From Takakia lepidozioides (Eukaryota > Plantae > Bryophyta): 64,000 nt of DNA. The stretch spans positions 7,502,001-7,566,000 of the forward strand of contig CM060734.1 in NCBI GenBank assembly GCA_030704615.1. The letters run 5' to 3'. Position numbers and translations under genes: made by a program. Under the pieces are notes generated by a model. That model was not told the origin of the DNA and made no database searches. It worked only from the letters and a program-made list of their open reading frames with translations. Shown one piece after another: positions 63,826-64,000 of the stretch (the first letter of the stretch is position 1; each line of letters starts with the position of its first letter).

Positions 63826-64000
63826 CCATCTGAAACACACCATCTTGGTTATCCACCAAGACTACTCCAGGAGTCACCATAACGCGCTCGATGGCTGGCC
63901 TAGTTGGTAGCTCTTGCAACCTTGCAGCTGCGGCCGCCGGCCATGGCGCAGCCGTGGCTGTCTTCACCCTTGGATCCACAACATCCTGCATGGACTGCAT
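63826..64000 (-). mobile_element. Second copy of the PHD-gypsy gag/protease junction (runs off the window)
   Basis: Near-identical to ~24055-24215 (PTRPAIER.MVTPGVVLVDNQDGVFQ). Confidence 0.9.

Overview
Eukaryotic, repeat-rich nuclear DNA from a plant, most likely a seed-free land plant such as a bryophyte (inferred from spliceosomal introns, PLS-type PPR fragments, a CHD6-9-like remodeler and the transposon types). I could not support any intact host gene, rRNA, tRNA or CRISPR array. The window has three parts. (i) 1-8.5 kb: DNA-transposon-like remnants, comprising a decayed protein kinase, a 12 x 50-bp hairpin array, and TNP1/Cys-rich transposase-like fragments divergent from a ParB/Srx-like gene, with about 12 copies of a 16-bp palindrome scattered across that module. 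(ii) Several LTR retrotransposons: a copia with a half-tRNA-type PBS; an 11.8-kb Ty3/gypsy structure with circularly permuted (split) LTRs, a self-priming PBS and an integrase ending in a PHD finger; a solo LTR with a clean TSD; and an Athila-like element whose 1.6-kb LTR holds three tandem F-box-like units. (iii) A mosaic of short, intron-retaining fragments of unrelated host genes (SEC23-like, ACA, WASHC4-like, PITP, PPR, NOT2, kinesin-12, callose synthase, CHD, EPCR-like Tudor). All family assignments come from motif recognition by eye; no database search was run.
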